A DNA stretch of 64,000 nucleotides from Chiloscyllium plagiosum (GCF_004010195.1 NC_057744.1:18789107-18853106), one strand, 5' to 3'; shown: positions 49,601-63,584, counted from the stretch's first letter. Made by a program: numbers and translations. The notes: a model not told the origin generated them from the letters alone.

Positions 49601-52600
49601 TATCAGGGAGTCAAAACAAAAAAAACACGGGAGCCAATGGAAATCACAGGGAAAATTCTCTGTTAGATGGAGTCTATACATGCAAAAAAGGAATCTGGTT
49701 GTGCGGGTGTTGATCAATTACTTTAGTTCCAGAATTTCTCTGCAGGTCTTCCTCAGCAGTATTCTAGGAGCAATATTCAGTTGCTTCACCAATGATCTTG
49801 CCTCCATCCTAAAGTCAGAAGCGGGGATGTGTGCTGATGATTGCACAATCAGCACTATTTGTGACACCCCAAATAATGAAGTGACCTGACTCTGTCTGGA
49901 ACATTGTCTGTAAGGTATGATTCTATGAGTACGACTATGTCAGCTGTTGCTTGACTAGACTGTGGGATAGCTCTCCTATCAGAAAGGACATTACAGAGTC
50001 GACAGAGCTGAGTTTTCTATTTGTGTTTCTGATGTCTGGAAGCCTGATTATCCACCCAGTTTCATTCCACTTAGACTTTGTTCTATACAAAGAGTAGCTT
50101 GTTAGCTACTCACAGAACAACTAAGAATTGACTACATTATTGTGGGCTTGGAGTCACATGTAAGTTAGACCAAATATATTTGGCAGATCTCCTTCCCTAA
50201 TAGGCATTGGTGAACCACACTGGTATGTGTAATAAGAGACAATGGTTTGCAGTCACTATTGGACTGGTTTTTACAAAGATTTTAACATTGAAATTTTACC
50301 ATCCGCCATGGTGACATTCAAAGCTGTGTCCGCAGGATATTAGTCTGAGTCTCTGATTAATGGTCCAGTGACATTACCAACAGCTCACTACCTCTCCCTC
50401 TCATTAATTAATGTCTCTGAACATCTTTCAGCTAATAGATGCTGATAAATATGTATGAAAACAGCACCTTCTTTCTCCTCTGCACCAAATTCCTAAGTTA
50501 GCAGGCATTTCACATTGCACATAGGCCTTGTCATTTCCATGCAGTCAACTTATGTAGAGGCTGGTAGCTAAACTCAAGTTGCAACTGCTACGTTAGCTTC
50601 CTTCTGCAGTAACGAACACCTATATTCAGGTAAGGAATTTCAATTGAATGGTAACTGCCACTGCTGGATGGATTCTGTTAAGCTGAGGTTCTTAGCTAGC
50701 TGCAGTTTTACATTTCTCAATTAGAGTCTGACTGCATTATTATAGCTTGAAAGAAATCTGACTCGCACCAAATTCCCAAGTCAGCACTTATTCATTGTCA
50801 AATCTGTGTCTTGTTATCTCCTCATCTGTGGAAAAGATTCTGTTACTTTCCTGATGTTGCTTGTCCTCTATTGCCAGTAGAATTAATTGAACCAGCTGCC
50901 AAATCTGCTAAAAAAGAACTGGATAACTCAACTGAAGATGTAACTAAAAAAAGTTCAACCAGTGACAGTAGAAAGGCAGCAAAGTCATCTGTAGAGGATA
51001 AAGGCAACAAAGAAGCACATAGCTTTTGGCTGATGAAATCAGAACCAGAAAGCCGAATTGAAAATGGTGTTGATGTGAAGGTAACGTGTTATTCTCATAA
51101 GAGGGTGATTTACAATATTATGCAAAAGGAATAGTGATGAGTGTTCAATTAGGTTTCTTAATCTTTATTATACAGTATACAGTTTTTGCCTCCTTACCTA
51201 AAAAGGATAGCAATATTTACATGAAAGGAGAAGGTTCTCTAGGTTGATTCTTCAGATGAGAGTTGTCATGAGAGATTGAGTGGTTTAGGGTGTTATTCTC
51301 TGTCATTTAGAAGAATGACAGCTAATCTGTAATTTCTTTCGGATTTCATCACAAAGTGGATCCTGCAGGGCTGTTTCCGAAGCTGGACAGTCTAGAAATA
51401 GGGGGGTCAAAATCTCAGATAAGAGATCAGCCATTCACTACTGTGGTCAAGAGACATTTCTTAAATCAGAGTTGTAAATGTTTATAATTCTCTATACCAG
51501 AGGGCTAATCAATATGATGTTGTTAATACGTTGAAGACTGAGATTGTTAAGATTTTTGGAAACCAAGACAGTCAAGCGATATGAGGATTGTTAAGGCCAG
51601 TGGAGGAGGTATAGAAGAGGCAGTATGACCTGCACCTGAGTTGCTTCTTAAGTTCTTTGTACAATTTCACTGGTTGTGCTATATTTCTATATAAAAGCAT
51701 TGATCACAATCTAAGCTTTGTTTTATTTTAATTGAACAAAGCAGTTTCAGTAGCGTTCATCCTAAATATTTAATGGTGGGATAATTAAATTACCATATTG
51801 AGAAAATTGAGGATGACCTTGCTCAGCAACCAACCTCCGGCCCATTTTAAAACATGAGTAAATATGAACCCAGTTCCTTAATTTCCCTTTCATTTATACT
51901 TGTGTTTTTTTTGTGCAGATGGGTGGAGGGTTGTGCACAGAAAGGACAGAAGGTGAAGGTGAAAAATTAGTCAACAACAGGGTCATTTGTTACTGTTGTG
52001 AATTTTTAGTATTTACCAAATAAACTTTGCGAGTTATTACTTTGAGGGGGAAAATAAGATAAATATTTCCACATTATATTTAAATTCTTTCTTTGATTCT
52101 GTTCTTAGTTTGGAGTTGAGGATTTGAAGGCACAACAAAATCAGACGGCATGCTGGGATGGTGTTCGGAACTACCAGGTAAGACTGGACATCCCAATGAG
52201 GATCCTAGTTTTATAGGATCAAATTTATTTGGATTGAATCTTTTATTCATGTATAAGTATAGAATATGTTAAAAAATCTAGAACAAGATCATACGTACAA
52301 GCTCTATTCAGAAAGGTAACAATTTCAAGGTCAAATTAGATAATTTCTTAGCTTCTGATTTTATTTTTAATTTGGAATTCAAAATTGACCAATATTAAGG
52401 TTTTGATGAATCTTTTAAGTGCACAAATTGCCAGCTGCTAATACTATGTGTCATTGGATTGAATACTCTATGTAGTTTATTTTCTATTGACTGAAGGACT
52501 AATCTCTGTTTGAAAGTGTAGGAATGTAACCCCTCTGGAACCGATTTGCATTATTTTATTGTACAGGTTTGCTGTCACCCTCTTATTTCATATATAATTG

Positions 52601-55600
52601 ATTGCTATGTCAATATTGAGACTACTTTTCTATTCCTCTTTTTATTTTTGTTTGAATGCTGTATAATCAGGAATGTCCAGTTCCAACCCTGCCCATTTTT
52701 CAGGACAGTTTAGCTTTTACAGTTTCCATCTCACCCCGAAATGGTTCCAATATCTCAGGAATCAAAAGACCTCTTTGCTGCATAATCTGCCCAGCCGTGT
52801 ACTCATCTGCTGGATTCTCTTTTTATACTCATTACTGTGTGGAACCTGGAATAATCTGGAGATTGCTATCTTTTTAAGTCCTGCTTGACAATTTCCAATC
52901 AAACTCCCTAAAGCCTGCCTGCAGGACCTCAATTCTCTTTCTGCTGGTGTCATTGATTGCAACAGGGATCATGACATCCAACTGTTCACCCTCCCCCTAT
53001 AGGATATCCTGCACCTGTTCCACGACATCCTTGATCCTGATTCCTGGAAGGCAACATATATTTTTGGAGTCACTTCTATTACGAAGGGGAAGATTGAACC
53101 TCTCTGATAATTAAACCAAAAAACAAGCCCTCCCAGTCTCTGACTGTGGGTGTAGAGGTTCCCTTCTATTAATTAACACCCAAAGTACCCAGGGAAGCTT
53201 GCCTCGCCTCATAATCTGTTTTAAAGGAGTTATTAAATGAAAAAAGTCCCTGATATTCACTTTATAAGCAACAAGTAACAATTTATTTATTTAACCCTAA
53301 CAGTGAACAAATTACCAGAACTACTAACAAACAGAACAATTCTCCCCTAACCAATAACTATTCCCTAACTGAACCAAATTCTACTGGTATGTAGTCCCAA
53401 TAAACTCAAGTCATAAAAAATTAAATTAAAGCTTAGATTCTCAATCTATACAGGATGTGTTTCCCAGGATGTTCTGCCTTCTCCGCTGTCTCTCCAGTCA
53501 GGGATGTTTCCTCTGTGAATTCTTCCATTAGGGCTCTTAGCTAGAAGTGCCGTGGTACCTTTTATGGATAGATGTTGCTCTCTCAGCGAATGTAGAGATT
53601 TCTGTGAGAGCTGGATGTTAATTCCTCAGATGGCAGTTTGCTCTCCCCTGATTTCCATAAGCCATGTTCGTATATACCTTGGATGACGTATCAACTTTCT
53701 TACAATAACATTGGTCTGAGGTTGTCAAAACCATTAGATTTAAAATCAATCGGTTTTCAATTTCTAAGGCTTGGTTTAAATTCATTGGCATATTTCAAGC
53801 TAGTTGCCAACACATCAAAACAAGCCTAAGGTTTCCAGTCACACAGGCAATTGATACATGGAGAGTCATGGGTAAACATGGTAATGAAGGACGCTTTTGG
53901 CACACTAGCTTTCATCAGTCAGGGCATTGAGTATAGAAGTTGGGAAGTTATGTTTCAGTTATACAGGATGTTGGTGAGGCTGCACTTGGAGTATTGTCTT
54001 CAGTTTTGGTCACCTTGTTATAGGAAGAATGTTATTAAACTGGAAAGAGTGCAGAAGAAATTTACAAGGATGTTGCCTGGACTCAATGGTCTGAACTGTA
54101 GGCAGAGGTTGGACAAGCTAGGATGTTTTTCTTTAGAGCATAGGGGACTAAAGGGGGGACCTTAGAGCTGTATAAGATCGTGAGAGGCATGGATAGGATG
54201 AATGCACTCAGTCTTTTTCTCAGGATTGGGGAAATGAGAACTAAAGGGCATCAGTTTTAGGTTAGAGGGGAAAGAATAAAAGGGAACCTGAGGGGCAAAT
54301 TTTATACAGAGGGTGGTGCGCATATGGAATGAGCTGCCAGTGGAAGTGGTTGAGGCAGGTATGTTAACAACATTTAAAAGGCACTTGGACAAATACATGG
54401 ATAGGAAAGGATTAGAAAGATATGAGCCAAGTGCAGGGAAATGGGGTTAGCGTAGATGGACATTTTGGTCAGCATGGACCAATTTGAGCCAAAGGGCCTG
54501 TCTTTGTGCTGTAGGAATCTATGATGTTTCAATTTTCGAACTGTCTATACATTTTCAGCTGCTTACAGACACATTTTCTGTGTAAATCTCCAAGCTTACA
54601 AAAACCCTATACCTCTTAAAGGAGTCATGCACTCATCCCTCCTATCATGTTGTACAAACAAATTTTAACTTGTTGCCTTCCACTTGACGAGTACGCTAGA
54701 CAACTTCATAACACTTCCGAGGCCACAGATATGTCTGTCTGCTCTCTTCGCTAACAAATCCTCTCCATTGTTGCTCTTTCACATTTTTCCTCCCACCTTG
54801 AACAGCTGAACCACCCACAGTGCCATAGCCTTGGGTCTGACTAACCTCAATGAATCGTCACTGTTACCAAAAACTGCTTGCCAGCAAGATGTACTTAGGA
54901 GATTCTCCATCTGCTTGGTCTCCTTCTGCCTGGCAGTTACCCATTCCCTCTCTTCCTGCACTGGGTGTCCATGTCCCGAAATTCGTTGTCCATGAACCTG
55001 TCAACTTTGTGACTGGACTAGTGCTTCGCAGCCAGTCAGGCTCCAGAACCCGGAGCTTGAATTGCTGCAGGTGGAAGCACCTCCTGCTCACATTGTCATC
55101 CAGACTACCAGGAGTGTCTAGCATTTCCAGAATAGTGAAGGATGTGCAAATCGTGGACCTGAACTCTTAGTACACAGCTTACGTATATGGAATATGGACC
55201 CTTGATTTTTTGCCCCCTTTACTCCTACATAAGTGTAGACTAGAAAAATCACTGGATTTTATAAATCAGTTATAATTTTGCAGTCACCATTCCTAAGACT
55301 AGCTTTCAATTCCTTATCTTACTAATTGAATTTAAATTCCAACAGCTATGATGGTGGAATTTGAACCCTTGTGCACTGACCATTAGCCTGTTTCCCTGAA
55401 TATTAATCCAGTGACATTACTACACTACATTTCTGCCTTAAGTGCACTTACAATGAAACTTTTAAGTTTAATAAAAGCTATATCATTTTTGCTTTGATTT
55501 GTGGCTTTCATGGTGGCACATATTGGGTGAAAACCTCCATTACAAGCTACGCTCTGGTTTGTGTCTTTCCGGCTCTGGTTCCCTTCATCACAGTGCATGA

Positions 55601-58600
55601 TCTTCTCCTTCTGTTGGCTTCAGTGCACTCCATCTGTCTTCATGATAAGTTGTGCTAGGTAGAACATCTACTCTCTGGAAAATTTTACAGGACACACTTG
55701 ACATGTCAATTGCCAGCTTAATGCAGTAATGTATCTCATTGATACAGTCTTCCAGGTCAGTCTGGTGAACATACAAAAGTGCCATCAACTTTGGCATTAG
55801 CTAGCACATCTTCACACAAAGGGTGATAATAAAGGTATGCAATTCTTCCACACAAAAGTAACAGTAGAATCTTAAATGAACAAGACTCTTAAATCTGAGA
55901 TTGGGTAGCGAAAAACTAGCAATTTGTGGAACAAATGGCTTGGGGGTTGAATTTCACTGAAAGACAGAATGGGTCAATAAGATGAATGGCTTCACCCTGT
56001 CTCCATTTTTAATGGTCTGTTATGAGGGCTGATGCTTTATGTTCCCACAGCAAATGTCAGTCTGCTGTTGTTGAGCAAAGCTGTCATACAATCAGCTTCT
56101 CAATTGAAGCCCATACACTATCTGAATAGACTTGTGCTTCTGCTGCTGATGCTTCACTTTCCATGTTTTCTGCCTCAGTTTTTTTTTCCCTTGTCCATTG
56201 TAACCACAGTGGAGTGGTACCAGTCAGAAAATGTCTGACTGCATTAATTATTCTTGAAAAGGCTGAATTGCACTTGCTGGACAATCTCATTAAAATCTGA
56301 AGAGCACTTCTGAGCAAAAGCATTTGGAGGAAAACAACTATAACACTTTGTAACTTGGGAAAAGGGCCATTATCATGGGAGGAAAAGTCTTTGAAAAGAG
56401 CTGAGACTACTGTAAAAAAAAATTAAGAACTTCTGTATATATTTTAATCATATCCATCAATCATTTGTGCTCAGTTTTTCATTCTGTTAGGTAGGACTGC
56501 ACCCTCTGATAAGGTGTACAACTGGGTGCAAATCTGGGTGTTTCCAGAGGCACGTAATTACTAATATATCTGTACTCTCTGCTTGATATGAAATTCAGAA
56601 GAAGGTTTAATTATTTTGAGCAGCCTAACTTGTATTTTCATCCCTTTTACTCATTTGAGAGACTTTTTAAAAACAATTTCAGTATTATTAGTTTGGAAAC
56701 AGAATAAAGTGTTCCTCCCAAAAAATGAACGACTGTTTGAGTAAGAAGATTGACTGCTTTTTATATACTGTGTCCATGTGAGTGTATCAGTTGTGTATCC
56801 AAGACTAAATGAAAATCTCTGGATTTAGATGCAAGGTGCAAAGTGAGATCATAGCTTATTTTATTTATGCATTGTGTTATTAGGCTCGAAATTTCATGAA
56901 AGCTATGAAGTTGGGACAGCTGGCCTTTTTCTACCACAGCAATTGCAAAGAGCCTGGAATTGCTGCACTTGTCAAGGTTTGCATTCCTAACAGCTACTAA
57001 CCTGTTAGTACAAGTTTTGAACTGTTTTGTGCCTGTTTGAGCAATAATGGTACTTATGAAATAAGAGCAGTATAACAGTTGTGACGTTGCTTCTAACTAT
57101 AGTGACAGTGTTGTTATTACAGCACCTATATAATGTACCAACTTCACCTTTGGTTATGAATTCTAAATTATTATATCCTCTAACTATGTAAAGAAAAGGC
57201 AATTTTAATTAATGATTTTTCTCCCCGACTCAGCTGCAGAAATATATTCCAATGTCCATGATTTAAATGTTGCACATTATTGATATAATGAGCATGGCAA
57301 TGAAATCCAGTCTGCCAATGATGGAATATAAACTAAACAGTATAGTTTATGGGTGGATGGCTTCATCTGAGTGTAAAAATGAATGGTCAGCAATGCTTTT
57401 AATCTGTAATTCTAAAAGTCTTAATCTCTGAGCAAGGACTTCAGCATTTAAAGTGCTTACTACCTCTCCATATTTGTACTTCTCACTTTCTTTTAAAGGT
57501 CGTAAAGGAATCTTACATTGATCACACACAGTTTGACAAGAAAGATCCTCATTATGATCCCAGAAGCACAAAGCAAAATCCAAAGTGGTTCATGGTAACG
57601 GAATCTTCTCTTGTATTTTATTGCAACACTTAAAAAGGCTTTCAGTTATTTAATGAATGATTTTTTATAAAATCAGCTGGAGCAGTGCTATGATTTATCA
57701 GAGCTGGTAGACTGACATTTTCATTACCTGCAGGAAATTTATACAAGTTTGCATTACGTGAGTAACAAAGTACAGCAACTGTAATAATTTATGGGGTGTA
57801 TTTTGAGATGTTATAATGAATCAACGTTATGTTCTATTTGGAGATAAATCATATCGAGGCAGAGTTACCGGTTTGCTGCCCTTTATATTTCATGTTTTTT
57901 CTTTGTTGTGAAATAGTAATTTGTATTCCATAGTGCCTACCTAATCAGTTCTGATACTTTACAAATCCTGAAGCTCATCTCACCCGTGTGCATCTCTTCT
58001 CATAGAGCGAAATAATTACAACAATGCTTTTTACTGCAAATAATGATTGTGTTAATTTCAACTGATCAGAGTGGTTAAAATATGTTATTTGTATTTCTGA
58101 TGTCTGTATTATTGGTCAATGTTATCTGATTATATCTCATGGACATAACTGATGATTTTAAATTTTTAATCCCAGCAATTGTGTGATTGTCGAGTGGCAG
58201 TGAAAATCTAATTAACCACTGCTCCCTGGAGATGGTGCTGCAATATGTTGGTTATCAATGTTTGACAGTGTTGTGGATAAATGTTGGAGAATAACTTAAC
58301 CAGACATTGCAGCTGTCTGGAGTAAGTGAATAAGTGAATTCAAACAATCCATTCGAATATAATTTGAATATTTATCCATTTGTTAAATTTAAAGAAGAGT
58401 TCAAGGGAAACATATTTATTGAGAGTGATTTGGAATGTGAAACTGAGCCAAGTAGTGTAATTACTTTTAAGAGGAAACCACCAAAAATGGAAAGAAATAG
58501 CAAATTTACTAATAGATTTAGATGAATAGTGTGGGCAGAGGTTCATGTGGATCTCAAACACTAACGAGGACTAAATAGCCTATTTTTGTTGATGAGATGT

Positions 58601-60307
58601 AATTCTTTTTAATATTTTTAAAATGCCACGCCAGCAGAAATGTGCTTTTCAAGTTTCTTGTGCTTTTATTTTCAGAATGTGTGTTAATTGCCTCTCACTA
58701 TGCAATTGCCTCTCACTTTTTCTGTTTGAACAAATGGACAGTTGACCAATTTTTTGAACTTTACCAACCCTACCTTGACTGGCTCCAATGTTACATCTTG
58801 TATGGTATCTATATCTATATGAAAAAAACAAATGATAAGTCAAGTACTGAAAGAGCCACAGCTCTGATTTGTGATTTCACTTTTTTTTTAAGGTAGTGTT
58901 GGCTGGACAGCTTAGTTGTCCAGCACTGTCTAAATTTACTTTCTTTTTGAGGTGGATGTGCAATTTGTGAGGATGATGAAACGTTACATCTCTCTGGCTG
59001 AATTGAAGAGACACCATCAAGAACACAAAACAAAGGATGGTCCACTGAAAAACATGGCACTGTTTACCAGGGCTAGGCTTTCTGTGCAGCCAGTAACCAA
59101 AGGTGAGGTTGGCACATTATAAATATTTTTAATTGACTAGTTCAGACATTTTATGACACCCCTCTGGAGCAACTGGGACTTGTGCCTAAGCCATCTGATG
59201 CATTAAATGTATGCTGTAATAACCATCTTCTCTCTACCTCCAGTTATAAGCAGTGTCAATTGTTATGAGACAAGCATTACAAGTACCATTCTTGCAAAAA
59301 TTAATTGCAAGCTATCAACTTTAGACATTGGGTAACATAAAATTGGAGATATGTATTTGTTATAATTAATGAAACCATAGGAATGAGTTTGTGCTGTTTC
59401 TAAAAATTGATTTTCATTAACTTGTGCTAATTATAAAAACAAGCTAGCTTTCATCTGTACAAGTGTAGAATTACACCTCATTATTTTGCATCTCCTGTCA
59501 ACTGATTTAGCATCATCAGTGCTGTGCCCTATGTATTCAGTCGCAAGATGATATTTGCTGAAGCAAGGTTTAAAGTAACCAAGATATAGAAATAGCTGCT
59601 AATGTACTAAGAGTGCAAAGAATTTGCCGTTTTCCTTGTTTAAAATGTCAGTTGACAACTGATAATATAAAACTAAACAATCCTGGAAAAACAAATGCAG
59701 CAACTGATAAAGAAACTAGTTAATTAATTAATCCCAGAAAGGTCCAACCTAATACTTTAACCACTCAGATCATGAACCATCTTAAATTTCCCGAATAATT
59801 TTACTTCAAAGGTTTTCAGTATTAATTCAAACTTTGGATTTAATATTCGTCAACACTTGGCTGAGGTACAGCAAACTACCAATGTTTGTTAGGAAGCAGG
59901 AAGCAGGGAAATTTGTTAGTGATTTTGAAATCTGAGTTTGATTTCAGTTTTATACTGTTTTGAGAAGTGAATCTTTAGAAGATATATTTCCAATGGGAGG
60001 TCAGAGCAAAGGAAGCACTAGATTATTTGAAGCAGTACGATTTAATTCGCAATGGCAACCTGCTGTGGTGTCATTACTTCCTTCGCCACTCATACCTCAT
60101 AAGAGCTTTTTGAAACTAGTTATATTTTTAATGGAGTTAATTTGAATATTAATGTCCTTATGCAATGTATTTCAATGGCTTTTAATGATAAAGGCATTCT
60201 GATAAAAGCAGATTTACTTGTAAACTACTGAATTAAAAACTATATTTATTACTTCAACAGAGGAGTTTGACTTTGTACTGAGCCTTGAAGACCAAAAGCC
60301 AGTTTAA
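46624..60307 (+). CDS. THYN1: Thymocyte nuclear protein 1 (EVE domain), spliced CDS, ~233 aa
   Basis: Coding exons 46624-46666, 50878-51080, 52109-52177, 56884-56976, 57499-57594, 58952-59102 and 60261-60307 total 702 nt. All introns are GT-AG and phases are consistent. The translation contains FWLMKSEPESRIENGVDVK-FGVEDLKAQQNQTACWDGVRNYQ-ARNFMKAMKLGQLAFFYHSNCKEPGIA...RLSVQPVTKEEFDFVLSLE, the THYN1/EVE signature. Confidence 0.97.
50878..51080 (+). CDS. THYN1: THYN1 coding exon 2
   Basis: Ends HSFWLMKSEPESRIENGVDVK|gtaacg; tandem CAG/TAG acceptor. Confidence 0.95.
52109..52177 (+). CDS. THYN1: THYN1 coding exon 3
   Basis: ttcttag|FGVEDLKAQQNQTACWDGVRNYQ|gtaaga. Confidence 0.97.
53855..54524 (+). 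mobile_element. CR1 LINE 3' fragment in a THYN1 intron
   Basis: AFISQGIEYRSWEVMFQLYRMLVRLHLEYCLQFWSP. Confidence 0.9.
54700..55170 (-). mobile_element. Decayed CR1 ORF1 fragment
   Basis: SLDDNVSRRCFHLQQFKLRVLE and EWVTAR resemble the CR1 ORF1 N-terminal region. Confidence 0.5.
56884..56976 (+). CDS. THYN1: THYN1 coding exon 4
   Basis: tattag|ARNFMKAMKLGQLAFFYHSNCKEPGIAALVK|gtttgc. Confidence 0.97.
57499..57594 (+). CDS. THYN1: THYN1 coding exon 5
   Basis: ttttaaag|VVKESYIDHTQFDKKDPHYDPRSTKQNPKWFM|gtaacg. Confidence 0.97.
58952..59102 (+). CDS. THYN1: THYN1 coding exon 6
   Basis: tttttgag|VDVQFVRMMKRYISLAELKRHHQEHKTKDGPLKNMALFTRARLSVQPVTK+G|gtgagg. Confidence 0.96.
60261..60307 (+). CDS. 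THYN1: THYN1 last coding exon
   Basis: ttcaacag|(E)EFDFVLSLEDQKPV*. Confidence 0.96.
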
Positions 60308-60719
60308 ATGGAAGAAGGTGCAGATGGGAGAGTCATTATTCAGTCTTCCAGTTATTAATTCTGTCTTGGGTGTACTGAACTCATTTGTTGCGTGCATGTA
60401 TTTATCTAGTAGTCTGAAGCAACACATTTTCTTTGGTAACAGGAAGATGGGCTGCTGAATTGTAAGTGGACTTGATTTTTCTGCATTTCTGCAGTCAGTA
60501 TGCTTCCTAAAGGGGACAAATGTATACTATCATAGTAGGCCAAACACTCAGAAGAGGTTATAGTATGGCACAGAAGCAACAGAAGAGTGGTCTGTAAAAT
60601 ATATAACTTGTTTTGAAATTATCTGCATTCCCCCATTTCAGGATTACTGTCTTCACTTTCACCTGCAGACAAAGTACAGAAAGAGGAAAGCATTAACTAC
60701 CCAAACATTTTCATGTATA

Positions 60720-60785
60720 AATAAATACCTGAACTAACATGTTATTTTGAAGGTTTGTCCTTGAAATGCTGTATAATTGAATAAA
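60720..60785 (+). terminator. Candidate THYN1 polyadenylation signals
   Basis: AATAAA at 60720-60725 and 60780-60785, followed by T/GT-rich sequence, 0.4-0.5 kb after the stop. Confidence 0.55.
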
Positions 60786-61032
60786 TTTCTAAAAAAATGA
60801 AAACATTGTTTCTGACCTTTTTATATTCTTGTTAACACAATCTTAAGAAAAACTGTTAGTGATGGAGTGATTGCAACAAGGTCAGCCAGATTGATCTCAC
60901 ATGAGTTCCTTGATTGGGGCTTTTTATTAAGTCCAATCAGGGAGCTCTGGCTGACAGATTAAAAACAAGAGTGAAACAATAAGCACTACCACAGTTAGGC
61001 GGTAGTGTGGGAAAAAAAACTAAAAACAAGAG

Positions 61033-61342
61033 TGGGGGCGGCACAGTGGTTAGCACTGCTGCCTCACAGCACCAGGGACCCGGGTTCAATTCCCGCCTCG
61101 GGCAACTGTCTTGTGTGGAGTTTGCACATTCTCCCCGTGTCTGTGTGGGTTTCCTCCGGGTGCTCCAGTTTCCTCCCGTGGTCCAAAGATGTGCAGCTTA
61201 GGTGAATTGGCCATGCTAAATTGCCTGTAGTGTTAGGTGAATGGGTAAATGTAGGGGAATGGGTCTGGGTGGGTTGCTCTTTGGAGGGTTGGTGTGGACT
61301 TGTTGGGCCGAAGGGCCTGTTTCCACACTGTAAGTAATCTAA
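61033..61342 (+). mobile_element. Well-preserved tRNA-head SINE
   Basis: ggcggcacagtggttagcactgctgcctcacagc...gggttcaattccc; tail cctgtttccacactgtaagtaatctaat. Confidence 0.9.
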
Positions 61343-61467
61343 TTATCAGGTAAGTTAAACCTGATTGATATGGTAGAAAGGGGATTTCTCTTTGGTGTAA
61401 ATACTGTAAAGCAGTGCTATTGGAATTAATAGTATTAAAAACAAAACAAGAGTGTTCTGCTATCTTA

Positions 61468-61840
61468 GACAGAAGTGGGTACTGCAGATGCTGGAAACCT
61501 AAGTCTAGATTGGAGAGGTGCTGGGAAAGCACAGCAGGTCAGGCAGCATCTGAGGAGCAGGAAAATTGACATTTCGGGCAAAAGCCCTTCATCAGGAATG
61601 AAGGCAGGGATTCTCAGGGGTGGAGAGATATATGGGAGGGAGGTGGGGCTGGGGAGAAGGTAGCCAAGAGAACAATAGATGGATGGAGGTGAGGATGAAG
61701 GTGATAGGTCAGAGAGGAGGGTGAAGTGGATAAGTGGGGAGGAAGATTGGCAGGTAGGACAGTCATGAGGATGGTGCTGACCTGTAAGGTTGGAACTGGG
61801 GTAAGGTGAGGGGAGGGGAAATGAGGAAAATGGTGAAGTC
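61468..61840 (-). mobile_element. Family A Penelope-like 3' fragment with a hammerhead-like core
   Basis: Minus strand CTGATGAAGGGCTTTTGCCCGAAATGTC, preceded by a pyrimidine-rich UTR. Confidence 0.8.
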
Positions 61841-63584
61841 CAGAGTGAACAGGATATCTGTTCTGATATCCTGTTCACGCTGAGAGCTGGTTCTCAGGAA
61901 GCTGGATCAGTGTCAAGGACTCTTCATTGTGTTAGGGGACTGACTCTGTGCCGGCTGGGCCAGTCAGTGTGTACTGTTAACCTGGAACAATGAGGAAAGC
62001 CCTGGCTGACCAATATAACCAGGAGATTTAGAGTCTCCTCAGTTTAGGGGACTGGCTGGGCCATAGTCAGTGTGTTTCTGCTGTTGTTGGTTTCTGCTTT
62101 TCTGGGGGAAACCTGGTTCCTAAATTGGCTGGTTTACAAAAGCCCTTTTGTTAACTGGTATTCCTTTTTTTTATTGAGGACTGATTTCTAAACTGCCTGA
62201 CCTACACAGTCAGTGTGTTTCAGGTGTAACTCTGTTCTCATTAGGGAACTGTTGTTTCATTGGCTCGCTACAGCATGTGTGTTACTGTTTTCTCTTTTAG
62301 TTTGAGAAAAGGACTATGTTGATTTTTGTGGCAGGGCTTAGCCCTTGCACTGTTGTTTTCTTTGTTCTTTTGCATGTGTTTTCACTTCTTTGATGTTTCA
62401 ACTGAGCACTTTCCAGATGAGCTGTTCCTGTGGGTAGGCTTGGCCCTTCTTGGTAGACTTGGCCTCAGTAAAGATTGAACATGTGTGTGTGTGCTGGGAC
62501 GGAGCATTTGCTGTGTCCTGGGGTTCGGGAGTAGACTCTGTCTTCGGGAGTGGACCAAACCCCTGTGAGTTCACTGCACCTTCACAATGTACTGTGTTCC
62601 TGTGAGTGGGCCTGGTTCTTTGTGGATAAACCAGGCCTCTATGTAGACTGAACACCTGTGTGTGTGTGTGTGCTGTATAATGTGTATTAGCTGCCTTCAG
62701 GAGTGGACTCTGCCTTTGGTTGTGGTCTCTATCTCTGACAATGCATTCTGCATACTGGAGTGGAGTCTATTCTTGGGAATGGATTCTACAATTTGAAGAG
62801 AATTGTTTATGGTAATGGACTCTGTTTGTTGGTAATTGACAATATCTTGTTGCTTGTTGGGTTTATCATCTGCACTGTCTTGTGTATCCCTGGGTCTGGC
62901 AGGCCTCGCTGTGAGCTGGGAGGCTCATAGCTCGTCCTGAAAGCTGACACCCTGAGAGCCGGAGGGTGGATTGGCCATCCTGTGAACCGAAAGGTGCGTA
63001 GTCTGCCCTGAAAGCCGGTAGGTGGGTAGGCCACCCTGGTGTCAGTCGTCCTAAGAGCCAGAAGGTGGGTAGGCTGATCTGACTGCTCTTGTCCCGAGAA
63101 GGGATAATCCAGACGGGCTGTCCTAGAGATGGCCAGGTGTGTCAGAGTGGCCAAGAGCCAGAACGTGCATAGGGGCAGTCTGAGATCTAGAAGGCTTGTG
63201 GGCCGCCCTGTGTGCCATTGTCCCAGGAAAGAGGACAGACTGTCCTAGAGGTGGCTGGAAGGCATGTCAGGGCAATCCACAGGCCGGATAGTGTGTCAGG
63301 TTGGGAGAGAGCCAGATGGTATGTAGGGGCAGACTGAGAGCCAGAAGGCAGGTAGGCCATTCTCAGCGCTGTCACCCAGGGCAGGTACCAGGGTGGGCTG
63401 TCCTAGAGGTGACCAGAAGGTGCAAAGGGTGGTTAGGGAAGCCAGAAGGTGGGTAGGCCATCCTGATCAATGTCAGCTTGGGGGTGGGGGGTTGGTGGGA
63501 AACAGGATGGCCTGTCCTAAAGGTGACTGGAAGATGTGTCAGGGCAGGCCGAGAGCCGGAAGGGGCATGGGGCGGCCTGCCTTT

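Noticed and set aside
61033-61100. tRNA-like A/B boxes (also at 18047, 21198 and 32255)
   Set aside because: SINE heads followed by SINE bodies, not tRNA genes.
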